Shown: positions 54,355 to 63,099 of the stretch, piece by piece
Position numbering within the stretch: the stretch's first letter is position 1
Layout: every line of letters begins with the position of its first letter
Assembly: GCF_036667855.1 (NCBI RefSeq)
Contig: NZ_JAVWTF010000003.1
Coordinates: 6,099-70,098 of the forward strand
Direction: 5' to 3'
Origin: Aurantimicrobium sp.
GTDB lineage: Bacteria > Actinomycetota > Actinomycetes > Actinomycetales > Microbacteriaceae
DNA: 64,000 nt
Notes under the pieces: generated by a model
What the model was told of the DNA's origin: nothing
Seen by the model: the letters and a program-made list of their open reading frames with translations, nothing else
Databases searched by the model: none
Position numbers and translations under genes: made by a program

Positions 54355-54660
54355 ATGGCTAAGAAAAGCAAGATTGCTCGTAACGAGCAGCGTAAGGTAA
54401 TTGTTGAGCGTTACGCAGCTAAGCGTCTCGAGATCAAGAAGGCACTCGTTGACCGCAACGGTACTGACGCATCTCGCGAAGAGGCACGTATTGCTCTCCA
54501 GAAGCTTCCTCGTAACGCTTCTCCCATCCGTGTTCGCAGCCGCGACGCGATCGATGGCCGTCCCCGCGGTGTTCTCACTAAGTTCGGTATTTCTCGTGTG
54601 CGTTTCCGCGAAATGGCACACCGTGGCGAACTGCCCGGTATCACCAAGTCGAGCTGGTAG
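54355..54660 (+). CDS. rpsN: 30S ribosomal protein S14 (long, Cys-less form)
   Basis: [14 protein letters not shown]...[21 protein letters not shown]. Confidence 0.9.
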   Translation: MAKKSKIARNEQRKVIVERYAAKRLEIKKALVDRNGTDASREEARIALQKLPRNASPIRVRSRDAIDGRPRGVLTKFGISRVRFREMAHRGELPGITKSSW

Positions 54661-54678
54661 TCCCAGTCAGATTTAAGC

Positions 54679-54720
54679 GTGAAAGCCATGGACCTCACAG
54701 TCCATGGCTTTCACTGTTTT
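54679..54720 (+). terminator. Strong rho-independent terminator after rpsN
   Basis: gtgaaagccatggac-ctcaca-gtccatggctttcac followed by tgtttt; 15-bp perfect stem. Confidence 0.9.
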
Positions 54721-54908
54721 AACCCTGTTTTAAACCCTCAACCTTGGGTCGAGGTCTTCTCGTGCCACGCCGACACGAATTGCCTGTAAATACGCGGATG
54801 TGCTGATACTTTTTCGATTGGTCATACAGACCAAACGAGACGGCCCTTGTGGCTCAACCGTTCCAAACAAAGTGCTACCTCGGTAGCTCAACGTCCAGGA
54901 GGACACAA

Positions 54909-55187
54909 ATGGCTCTCAACAAGTCTGAGGTTGTCGCAGCAGTTGCCGCTCACACCAACCTTTCGCAGGCAAACGTAAACGGCGTCATCGACGCTCTCTT
55001 CGCAGTTGTATCTGCTGAAGTTGCTCAGGGTGGAAAGGTAACCATCCCCGGCTTCATCTCCTTCGAGCGCACCAACCGTGCAGCTCGCACCGGTCGTAAC
55101 CCTCAGACCGGCGCAACCATCCAGATTGCCGCATCCAAGTCGGTAAAGGTCTCGGCTGGTAGCAAGCTCAAGGCTGCTGTCAAGTAG
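54909..55187 (+). CDS. hup: Nucleoid-associated protein HU
   Basis: MALNKSEVVAAVA...GFISFERTNRAARTGRNPQTGATIQI; AGGAGGA RBS. Confidence 0.9.
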   Translation: MALNKSEVVAAVAAHTNLSQANVNGVIDALFAVVSAEVAQGGKVTIPGFISFERTNRAARTGRNPQTGATIQIAASKSVKVSAGSKLKAAVK

Positions 55188-55278
55188 TCACGAGTTTCAC
55201 TCGCTTTGGTGGGTGTGGGCCTTCGGGTCCACACCCACTATGCACTTAAGCTTCAGCAATAATCTCTAGGCTTGAGTT

Positions 55279-57252
55279 GTGCCCCGTTTATTCAAGATAA
55301 CTATCCCCGCAGTGACCGTGCTGGTTGCGCTTGTCGTCTTGCTCGGGGCCCTTGCTTTTGGCGGTGGTTCACGCACTCCCGCCTTGGGGGATCCAGGCGT
55401 TGTTGTTCGCGTCGGCTTGCCCATTGCCAAGCTGTTGGTCGATCTCTCGGCAGCAACAATGATTGGTTCGCTGGCACTTGCGTTGTGGGCTTTCGCCTCG
55501 CGGGAACGTGCCTATGTTCGCAGCATTGATATTGCTGCAGCTGCAGCCCTCGTCATGACTTTGGCTTCAGCGGCAACTGGTTTCCTCACGTTCATGAACG
55601 TGAGCTTGACGCCCTTCTCCCTGGACTCCACCTTCGGCAATCAATTGGGTTTCTTCTTTACGGGCATTGAACTGGGTCAGGCGTGGCTGATTACTACGTT
55701 GCTTGCTGCCCTAGTTGCGGTGCTGTGTATTGCAGTGACAAACCAGACCGCGCTCTTCTTTGTCGGCTTGGCAGCGGTGGGCACATTGGTGCCCATGGCG
55801 CTGCAAGGACACTCAGCTAGTGTCTCGGGTCACGCCATGGCGATTACCTCGATGGGCCTGCACTTAGTCTTTGTCTCTGTCTGGCTGGGCGGCGTGCTCA
55901 CGCTGATTCTCCTACGCGGCATCATCGACGCTGACCGCTTGCCAGTGATTGTCTCCCGTTTCTCCACTCTGGCCATCATCGCCTTCATTGTTGTTGCAGT
56001 TTCGGGAGTAGCCAACGCGATGGTGCGCATTGGGAGCATTGACACCCTTGTCGGCACACCTTATGGCCAGCTAGTGCTGGCCAAGGTTGCCGCCATGGTT
56101 GTCCTCGGTGCCTTCGGGTTCTGGCAGCGTGGCTACCTGGTGAAGCGCATGACAGGCGCGGCCACCCAGAAGATGTTCTGGTGGTTCATATCGCTAGAGC
56201 TCATCATCATGGGAGTGACAGCAGGCTTGGCTGCTGGACTTGCGCGCACGCCCACTCCGGTTAGTGAGACGCTCAACCAGAACCCCACCCCTGCGGAGAT
56301 TCTCACTGGCAGCCCGCTTCCACCAGAGTTCACGTTGGACCGCTACTTCACGGTCTGGAACTTTGACCTGATCTGGTTGCTGTTCTGTGCTTTCGCTGTC
56401 TTCTTCTATCTGGTGGGCGTCTATCGACTTCACAAGCGTGGGGATAAGTGGCCTTGGTATCGCACTGTGCTGTGGGTTGCCGGTATGGCTCTGCTGTTCT
56501 ACATCACCAACGGCGGCATCAACTCGTACGAGATGTATCTCTTCTCCGCTCACATGGGCGCTCATATGACCCTGGGCATGATGGTTCCGATATTTCTGGT
56601 ACCGGGTGCTCCGGTGACCTTGGCCATGCGTGCGGTGAACAAGCGCCAAGACGACAGCCGTGGTGGACGCGAGTGGATACTCAAGGCAGTCCACTCAGGC
56701 TACGCCAATGTGATTTCTCACCCACTCTTTGCCACCATCAACTTTGTTGGCTCCCTGTGGCTGTTCTATTACACGCCCATCTTCCGATGGGCGACGAGTG
56801 ACCACATCGGTCACGAGTGGATGATTGTCCACTTCCTGCTTGCTGGGTATTTGTTTGTGCAATCCTTGATTGGCATTGACCCGGTCAAGACTCGTTACCC
56901 CTACCCCTTCCGCCTCATTCAACTTCTGGCTGCGATGACGGTGCACGCCTTCTTTGGTCTGGGCATTATGTCGAGCGAGAACTTGCTCCTTGCTGATTGG
57001 TATGGAGCCATGGGTCGCACGTGGGGTTCCACTCCGCTGGAAGACCAGCAAGCCGGTGGGGCGATCGCGTGGAGTGTGGGAGAACTTCCCAACCTTGTCC
57101 TTGCGCTCATCATTGGCTATCAGTGGAACCGTTCAGACGCGAAAGAAGCAAAGCGCAAAGACCGCCAAGCAGATCGTGACGAAGATGCCGAGCTCAAGGC
57201 ATATAACGCCATGCTTGCTCAGCAGGCAGCTGCTGATTTGAAGCAGAACTAG
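55279..57252 (+). CDS. Fused CopD-like copper resistance / CtaG (caa3-type cytochrome oxidase assembly) membrane protein
   Basis: About 16 predicted TM helices. The fusion architecture is common in actinobacteria. Charged C-terminal tail. Confidence 0.65.
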   Translation: MPRLFKITIPAVTVLVALVVLLGALAFGGGSRTPALGDPGVVVRVGLPIAKLLVDLSAATMIGSLALALWAFASRERAYVRSIDIAAAAALVMTLASAATGFLTFMNVSLTPFSLDSTFGNQLGFFFTGIELGQAWLITTLLAALVAVLCIAVTNQTALFFVGLAAVGTLVPMALQGHSASVSGHAMAITSMGLHLVFVSVWLGGVLTLILLRGIIDADRLPVIVSRFSTLAIIAFIVVAVSGVANAMVRIGSIDTLVGTPYGQLVLAKVAAMVVLGAFGFWQRGYLVKRMTGAATQKMFWWFISLELIIMGVTAGLAAGLARTPTPVSETLNQNPTPAEILTGSPLPPEFTLDRYFTVWNFDLIWLLFCAFAVFFYLVGVYRLHKRGDKWPWYRTVLWVAGMALLFYITNGGINSYEMYLFSAHMGAHMTLGMMVPIFLVPGAPVTLAMRAVNKRQDDSRGGREWILKAVHSGYANVISHPLFATINFVGSLWLFYYTPIFRWATSDHIGHEWMIVHFLLAGYLFVQSLIGIDPVKTRYPYPFRLIQLLAAMTVHAFFGLGIMSSENLLLADWYGAMGRTWGSTPLEDQQAGGAIAWSVGELPNLVLALIIGYQWNRSDAKEAKRKDRQADRDEDAELKAYNAMLAQQAAADLKQN

Positions 57253-57259
57253 TCAGCGA

Positions 57260-58261
57260 TTACTGCGAGAGCACGATGGCAAGGTTGCCATCGGCTCGAA
57301 TGGAAATGTTGATGTTGAACACTGCATCAACAATTTCATCCAGCGGCGAGATGGTGCCGTCATAGAGGGACTGCACTTCGCCGGTGATGCGGAGCTTTCC
57401 TACCGCGTTCCTGACCGCCCACGTGGTGTCCCCGGGGACGACAGTGATGACAGGATATTCCGCTACTTCCCAGGTGGGTTCTCCCACAATACGATTACCG
57501 GTTTGGTAGCCAAAGGGGCAGCCGGCGGGCTGGAGCACATGTTGCTTCACGCAGCTGTCGAGGTAGTCGTCGACTTCTTTTTGCACACGCTTGGTGAAAG
57601 CCTTGTTGGCCTGCACGTCCACGACGACCTCGGCGGTTTCACCAGGTGTTGCAATATCGAGCACAACCTTCTTTGCCGTGAGCCAGGTGGAGGTGTGGTC
57701 GAAGACATAGTTGCCGGGGGCAAAGAGGAGATACGTTCCAGTTCCACCCCAGACCGTGGCGTCCTTGGCTGAGTCGGTCGAGCGCAGATCAATCAGCCCT
57801 GAGTTCCCCACATCAAATGCAGCGTCGTGCCACACGGTGACCTTTGCCTTCGCCACGGGCAGTTCTGCGAAAGCCCAGGATTCAAAGAAGCCCATGGTGC
57901 TGCCAATGCGCGTGACCACGAAGGTGCCCGTGGCTTTTTCGCCACCGAGCAGGTAGCTCGCCGTGACCTTGGTCTTGGCGTCGTTGCCGGAAACCTTGGT
58001 GATGGTGATGTCACTGAGCTCACCCATGGCGGATCCGCGCAACAATGTGCGGTCGGCATCAGCTGGAAGTTTGTCGCCCACGCCCGGCATCGACAAAGCT
58101 GATGCGGCATCATGGCGCGAGAGCGCAGAGAGATATTGGCTCACAAAACCAGAGGCGCTATAGAGCGACTGGTTGATCCCCACGCCTACAAAGATGGTGA
58201 CCAGGAGTAGCACAGCTGCGGCCAACCCCAGATAGGTTCCTTGGCGTCTGGTCAGTTTCAC
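57260..58261 (-). CDS. N-terminally membrane-anchored extracytoplasmic hypothetical protein
   Basis: Single TM (YLGLAAAVLLLVTIFVGVGI) followed by a beta-rich about 290-aa domain; no family recognised. Confidence 0.5.
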   Translation of the reverse strand: MKLTRRQGTYLGLAAAVLLLVTIFVGVGINQSLYSASGFVSQYLSALSRHDAASALSMPGVGDKLPADADRTLLRGSAMGELSDITITKVSGNDAKTKVTASYLLGGEKATGTFVVTRIGSTMGFFESWAFAELPVAKAKVTVWHDAAFDVGNSGLIDLRSTDSAKDATVWGGTGTYLLFAPGNYVFDHTSTWLTAKKVVLDIATPGETAEVVVDVQANKAFTKRVQKEVDDYLDSCVKQHVLQPAGCPFGYQTGNRIVGEPTWEVAEYPVITVVPGDTTWAVRNAVGKLRITGEVQSLYDGTISPLDEIVDAVFNINISIRADGNLAIVLSQ

Positions 58262-58327
58262 TTCTTCATCCTACAAAGCGCCTGTGGGCAACAAGCTGTG
58301 CAAGCACAGCGCCGGTAAACTTCGGGA

Positions 58328-59623
58328 GTGAACAAAGTCTCCTTATCTGCGCAGCAGCAGGAGGTCTTTAACCTCATTGAGGAAACTCGAGAGCATGTGT
58401 TCATCACAGGTCGTGCCGGTACGGGTAAATCCACCCTGCTGAACCACCTCGCCTTCACCACCGAGAAGACCATTGCGGTGTGTGCTCCAACGGGTGTGGC
58501 CGCATTGAATGTCGGCGGCCAGACAATTCACTCTCTGTTCCGTCTGCCCACCGGCTTGATTGGTTCGCTGGACCTCAACCACGGCCCCGATCAGCGCAAG
58601 ATCTTGAACGCCATCGACACTCTCGTGATCGATGAAGTCTCCATGGTCAACGCCGACATCATGGACGCCATCGATCGCGCCCTCCGCGAGGCCCGCCACC
58701 GCAAAAAGGAAAGCTTCGGCGGCGTGCAGGTCATCATGTTCGGTGACCCCTACCAACTCTCTCCGGTTCCTCCCCGCACTCCAGAGGAGAAGGAATACCT
58801 GCAAGCTCGGTATGCCTCAAACTGGTTCTTTGACGCAGCGGTCTGGCAAGACACTCCTTTGCGCATTATTGAACTCACCGAAATTCACCGTCAGCGTGAC
58901 GATGCGTTTAAAGAAATGTTGAATGCTGTTCGTCACGGAACGGTGACCCCGACTCTGGGTGCAGCTCTCAATTCTGCAGGCAACCGCCCTGTTCCTGAGG
59001 GCGAAGACATCATTATCTTGGCCACCACCAATGCGCGCGTGAACGCCATTAATGCAGAGCAGCTAGCCAAGCTTCCAGGTAAGAAGAAGGTCGCTGCGGC
59101 TGATGTGAGCGGGGACTTCGCCGCGAATGCATTCCCTGCTGATGAGGACCTCGAGCTCAAGCTCGGAGCTCAGGTGATGTTCCTGCAGAACGACAGCGAA
59201 GGCCGCTGGGTCAACGGCACCGTGGGAACCGTGACCAAGATCACGGACACCGTCTTTGTCACCGTGGCAGGTTCTGAATACGAAGTGCACCCGGTCACCT
59301 GGGAGCGTTACAAATACTCCTATAAGCAGAGCACGGATGAGCTCAGCCGAGACGTGGTTGCCGAGTTCACCCAGTTCCCTTTGCGCCTGGCCTGGGCAGT
59401 CACCATTCACAAGGCACAGGGTCAGACCTATGACCGTGCGCTGATCGATATGGGTTCACGCGCCTTCGCACCGGGGCAGACCTATGTGGCACTGAGCCGG
59501 ATCACCTCGCTTGAAGGCCTCTATCTCTCACGCCCACTCCGTCCCTCCGACGTCATTGTGGATCCCGACGTGGAACGTTTCATGGGCCGGGTTGAATCAC
59601 TCGGCCAGCCCCTCGAAGGTTAA
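58328..59623 (+). CDS. Pif1/RecD-like SF1B DNA helicase
   Basis: TGRAGTGKST (Walker A), LVIDEVSMV (Walker B), GDPYQLSPV, TIHKAQGQTYD. Confidence 0.8.
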   Translation: MNKVSLSAQQQEVFNLIEETREHVFITGRAGTGKSTLLNHLAFTTEKTIAVCAPTGVAALNVGGQTIHSLFRLPTGLIGSLDLNHGPDQRKILNAIDTLVIDEVSMVNADIMDAIDRALREARHRKKESFGGVQVIMFGDPYQLSPVPPRTPEEKEYLQARYASNWFFDAAVWQDTPLRIIELTEIHRQRDDAFKEMLNAVRHGTVTPTLGAALNSAGNRPVPEGEDIIILATTNARVNAINAEQLAKLPGKKKVAAADVSGDFAANAFPADEDLELKLGAQVMFLQNDSEGRWVNGTVGTVTKITDTVFVTVAGSEYEVHPVTWERYKYSYKQSTDELSRDVVAEFTQFPLRLAWAVTIHKAQGQTYDRALIDMGSRAFAPGQTYVALSRITSLEGLYLSRPLRPSDVIVDPDVERFMGRVESLGQPLEG

Positions 59624-59627
59624 GAGC

Positions 59628-60050
59628 ATGATTGCCCTCATCGATGGCGACTGCGCACTGTGTGTGGGACTGGTCGAATGGTTGGGCAAGCGCATTACTG
59701 CAGAGAAGCTCAACCCAGCACACATCATGTTCGTGCCCGGAGAGTCTGACTGGGGAACTGAGCTCCTTCGAGAAGCGCAGGTCACCGGTTTTGATTCCGT
59801 CGTGGTTCTGAACAAGGGTCAAGTCCTACAAGAAGGCGATGCTGTGCTCGCGCTCGCCGAGGTATTGCCCAAGCGCTGGAAGGTCATCGCGGCACTGGGA
59901 AAGATAGTTCCCAGGCCCTTGAGAAACGCTGTGTATCGCCAGGTGGCAAGGAATCGGATCTCGTGGTTTGGCCGCAAGGAGGTCTGTGCGATTGACTCCC
60001 GCGTGGCTGGTGTGACCTATGGTCCTCGTGGACTTCTTAAACGCCCGTAA
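59628..60050 (+). CDS. DCC1-like thiol-disulfide oxidoreductase (DUF393)
   Basis: N-terminal IDGDCALC motif; about 140 aa. Confidence 0.65.
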   Translation: MIALIDGDCALCVGLVEWLGKRITAEKLNPAHIMFVPGESDWGTELLREAQVTGFDSVVVLNKGQVLQEGDAVLALAEVLPKRWKVIAALGKIVPRPLRNAVYRQVARNRISWFGRKEVCAIDSRVAGVTYGPRGLLKRP

Positions 60051-60091
60051 CCTGCCTCAACACCGCCCTTTTCCTTAGATAGGCTTAGAAC

Positions 60092-60697
60092 ATGCTTCTT
60101 TCTGATCGCGATATTCGTGCTGAACTCGAGTCGGGCCGTATCGGCCTAGATCCTTCGGCTGACGACATGATTCAGCCCTCGAGCGTTGACGTTCGCATTG
60201 ACCGGTACTTCCGTCTCTTCGACAACCACAAGTACCCCTACATCGACCCTGCTGAAGACCAGCCAGACCTCACCCGTCTGATCGAGGTTGACCCCAACGA
60301 GCCTTTCATTCTGCACCCTGGAGAATTTGTTCTCGGCGCGACCTACGAGCAGGTTTCCCTGCCCGACGACATCGCTGCTCGCCTGGAAGGTAAGAGCTCA
60401 CTGGGTCGTCTGGGTCTGGTTACCCACTCCACCGCAGGTTTCATTGACCCTGGCTTCTCCGGCCACATCACTCTAGAACTGTCCAACATGGCAACTTTGC
60501 CCATCAAGCTCTGGCCAGGTATGAAGATCGGTCAGCTCTGCTTCTTCAAGCTGACCTCACCTGCAGAGAAGCCCTATGGTTCTGCTGAATACAAGTCCCG
60601 CTACCACGGTCAGCGTGGACCCACAGCTTCTCGCTCTTTCCTCAACTTCCACCGCACTGATGTCAGTGCAACAGATGCCGGAGCAATCGGCGGCTAA
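60092..60697 (+). CDS. dcd: dCTP deaminase (possibly bifunctional dCTP deaminase/dUTPase)
   Basis: [12 protein letters not shown]..., [25 protein letters not shown]. Confidence 0.92.
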   Translation: MLLSDRDIRAELESGRIGLDPSADDMIQPSSVDVRIDRYFRLFDNHKYPYIDPAEDQPDLTRLIEVDPNEPFILHPGEFVLGATYEQVSLPDDIAARLEGKSSLGRLGLVTHSTAGFIDPGFSGHITLELSNMATLPIKLWPGMKIGQLCFFKLTSPAEKPYGSAEYKSRYHGQRGPTASRSFLNFHRTDVSATDAGAIGG

Positions 60698-60711
60698 GAA
60701 AAACTTGAAAA

Positions 60712-60736
60712 GGGGGCCATCGTGGCCCCCTTTTTT
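60712..60736 (+). terminator. Rho-independent terminator after dcd
   Basis: gggggcca-tcg-tggccccc followed by tttttt. Confidence 0.85.
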
Positions 60737-60771
60737 GTTGGCTCTGGTCTTTGTCTGTGGTGAGTGATAAT

Positions 60772-60792
60772 CTGGCTAAGTAATCTAGCCAG
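60772..60792. promoter_or_regulatory. Inverted repeat ctggcta-N7-tagccag upstream of phd/vapC (candidate antitoxin operator)
   Basis: 7-bp perfect arms 12 nt upstream of the antitoxin ATG. Also a direct repeat taatctggc/taatctagc. Confidence 0.5.
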
Positions 60793-60803
60793 AAAGTAGC
60801 ATC

Positions 60804-61058
60804 ATGCAGCAAGTCAATATCCTCGAAGCGAGAAACTCATTGTCTCGTTTGGTGAGTTTCGCTGTTCAGGGTGAAGAGATTGTTATCGCAAATCGCGGTA
60901 AAGCTGTTGTTCGCCTGGTTCCCACCGAGCCTGCTCCCGTGAAATCGGGGAAAGCAGCGGCAATGTGGCTTCTGAAGAACCCACCGCCAACTCCCACGTC
61001 ACGCACAAAGCAAGAACTCGAGACACAAATTCAAGAAAACCGTGAGGCGTGGGATTGA
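60804..61058 (+). CDS. Phd/YefM-family type II antitoxin
   Basis: VNILEARNSLSRLVSFAVQGEEIVIANRGKAVVRLVP. Confidence 0.8.
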   Translation: MQQVNILEARNSLSRLVSFAVQGEEIVIANRGKAVVRLVPTEPAPVKSGKAAAMWLLKNPPPTPTSRTKQELETQIQENREAWD

Positions 61059-61447
61059 TCTACCTAAATTCTTGTGTCGTCATTTTTGCGGTTGAAGATG
61101 AATCCTCTGAGGGAGAGTTCATTAGACAGAAACTCGCAGATCTCGGTGATGAAGAAGTCATGATTACACCGCTTGTCACGATGGAATGCGTCACAGGTCC
61201 TCTGAGGGATGACAACCTCGTCCTCCATGATCACTACATTCGCGCCCTCTCCCAATTTGAAAAGCGGGAGCTGGGCGAAGAGCAATTCCTCAGAGCTGCT
61301 TCGCTCAGGGTGAAACACGGTTTGAAAACACCTGACGCTCTTCACCTTGCTGCTGCCCAGCTGCACGGATGTCGAGAACTATGGACTAGAGATTCTAAAT
61401 TGGTTTCTGCAGCCCCTGGGTTTGCCATTGATCTGCAAAGTCAGTGA
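61049..61447 (+). CDS. vapC: PIN-domain VapC-type toxin (first acidic residue replaced by Asn)
   Basis: LIYLNSCVVI..., TMECV, TPDALHLAAA, WTRD. 10-nt overlap with the antitoxin. GTG start. Confidence 0.75.
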   Translation: MGLIYLNSCVVIFAVEDESSEGEFIRQKLADLGDEEVMITPLVTMECVTGPLRDDNLVLHDHYIRALSQFEKRELGEEQFLRAASLRVKHGLKTPDALHLAAAQLHGCRELWTRDSKLVSAAPGFAIDLQSQ

Positions 61448-61448
61448 C

Positions 61449-61994
61449 CTACCCGGCTGGAGATAAATACCCGGCAACAGCTAACCGGGGCAACTGCAGT
61501 GTGAGCCAGGGGCTAAACGCGAAGGCGGACTTTTCCACCGAGGCAAGCAGAGCCACGGGCTCGGCCCAGGCGTATTCCGCAACCTCAGCTGGATTGGGAA
61601 CAGGCTCGTCATCCACGATGGCGATGAAGACAGGGCAGATTTCGTTTTCTACGATGCCGGAAGCATCCACGGCGCGGTAACGGAAGTCAGGAAGAGCACT
61701 TTTCACCGAAGCAAGTTTGAGCCCCAGCTCTTGCTCAGCACGACGGTGAATGGCTTCGACGAAGTCTTCCTCTGGTGCAGGGTGGCCACAGAACGAGTTC
61801 GTCCATACACCAGGCCAGGTCTTCTTTTCCAGCGCGCGGCGAGTGACCAGGATCTGACCTTCGCGATTGAACACGTGGCACGAGAAGGCAAGGTGAAGGT
61901 GAGTGTCTTCAGTATGAACAGTGGCCTTCTCGGCGGTGCCGATGGCGGCACCGTCCTCAGACAGAAGCACAACAAGTTCTGGGGATTCACCCAT
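61449..61994 (-). CDS. idi: Isopentenyl-diphosphate delta-isomerase, type 1 (Nudix)
   Basis: LHLAFSCHVFN..., WTNSFCGHP, RRAEQELG. Confidence 0.88.
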   Translation of the reverse strand: MGESPELVVLLSEDGAAIGTAEKATVHTEDTHLHLAFSCHVFNREGQILVTRRALEKKTWPGVWTNSFCGHPAPEEDFVEAIHRRAEQELGLKLASVKSALPDFRYRAVDASGIVENEICPVFIAIVDDEPVPNPAEVAEYAWAEPVALLASVEKSAFAFSPWLTLQLPRLAVAGYLSPAG

Positions 61995-62028
61995 GTTTTG
62001 CTCCCGTCTGGTCAGTTAGTCTGGAGAG

Positions 62029-63099
62029 GTGAGCATTCCCAGCCAAGAAGCCGAAATGACGCGCCATCTCGCGCTCGTCGAAGAGGTACTTGAGCGCTTC
62101 TTTAGCCTATCCACTCAACGGGCTGCCACACTCGCTCCAGCGTATGAAGCGCTCTGGAAAACCCTCCGCTCCAACACGGCCGGCGGCAAGCGTTTCCGCC
62201 CACAAATGGTGATGACCGCCTACACAGCACTGGGTGGTTCGGATCTTCGCTCTGCAGCACACGTGGGTGCTTCCTTTGAACTTCTTCACACCGCACTGAT
62301 TGTTCACGACGACGTTGTCGATCGTGACTTTGTCCGCCGAGGAATTCCTAACGTATCCGGCAGCTATCGAGACGTGGCACAAACCGCTGGTTTGTCTCTT
62401 CCGACAGCTGAACATCGAGGCATGTCTGTTGCCGTCATTGCCGGTGACTTGGCTCTGACCGGATCATTCCGATTGATGGAGCGGGCAAGTGCGAACCCTG
62501 AGGTTCGTGACGCTCTGGTTGAGCTGCTGGACCGTGCCGTCTTTGACTCTGCTGCCGGTGAACTCATTGACGTGGACTTCTCGTTGTATTCAGGAATGCC
62601 CAGCATCGAAGAGATTGTTCACATGGAACGACTCAAAACGGCGGTGTATTCGTTCGAAGCACCGCTGCAAGCAGGTGCACTGCTGGCTGGTGCAACCCAC
62701 GACGTCATCGCTGCACTGGGCGAGTTTGGTCGCAACATTGGTATTGCGTATCAAATAGTGGATGACTTACTCGGTGTCTTTGGCAACGAAGCATCCACCG
62801 GTAAGACCACTCTGGGTGATCTTCGTGAAGGTAAGCGCACGGCACTGATTGCCTTCGCCTCGCAGACTGCTGAGTGGAGCTCCATTTCACAGCTCGTGGG
62901 AGATAGTGAACTTTCTGCCGAAGACGCTGCAACCGTGCGTGAGGTTCTCGAACGCACTGGTGCCAAGAAGTTCACGCAGCGCCTCGCCTCGGACTACGCC
63001 GATGAGGCTGTCGCTGCGCTGCACGGGGCGGGCATTCCTCAGCAACTCATCGAACAACTCACCCCACTCGTCACTGCGGTCGTGGAGCGCGTGCGATGA
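62029..63099 (+). CDS. crtE: Polyprenyl (geranylgeranyl) diphosphate synthase
   Basis: First DDxxD LIVHDDVVDRD and second QIVDDLLG. Start GTG 62029 or ATG 62056. Confidence 0.85.
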   Translation: MSIPSQEAEMTRHLALVEEVLERFFSLSTQRAATLAPAYEALWKTLRSNTAGGKRFRPQMVMTAYTALGGSDLRSAAHVGASFELLHTALIVHDDVVDRDFVRRGIPNVSGSYRDVAQTAGLSLPTAEHRGMSVAVIAGDLALTGSFRLMERASANPEVRDALVELLDRAVFDSAAGELIDVDFSLYSGMPSIEEIVHMERLKTAVYSFEAPLQAGALLAGATHDVIAALGEFGRNIGIAYQIVDDLLGVFGNEASTGKTTLGDLREGKRTALIAFASQTAEWSSISQLVGDSELSAEDAATVREVLERTGAKKFTQRLASDYADEAVAALHGAGIPQQLIEQLTPLVTAVVERVR

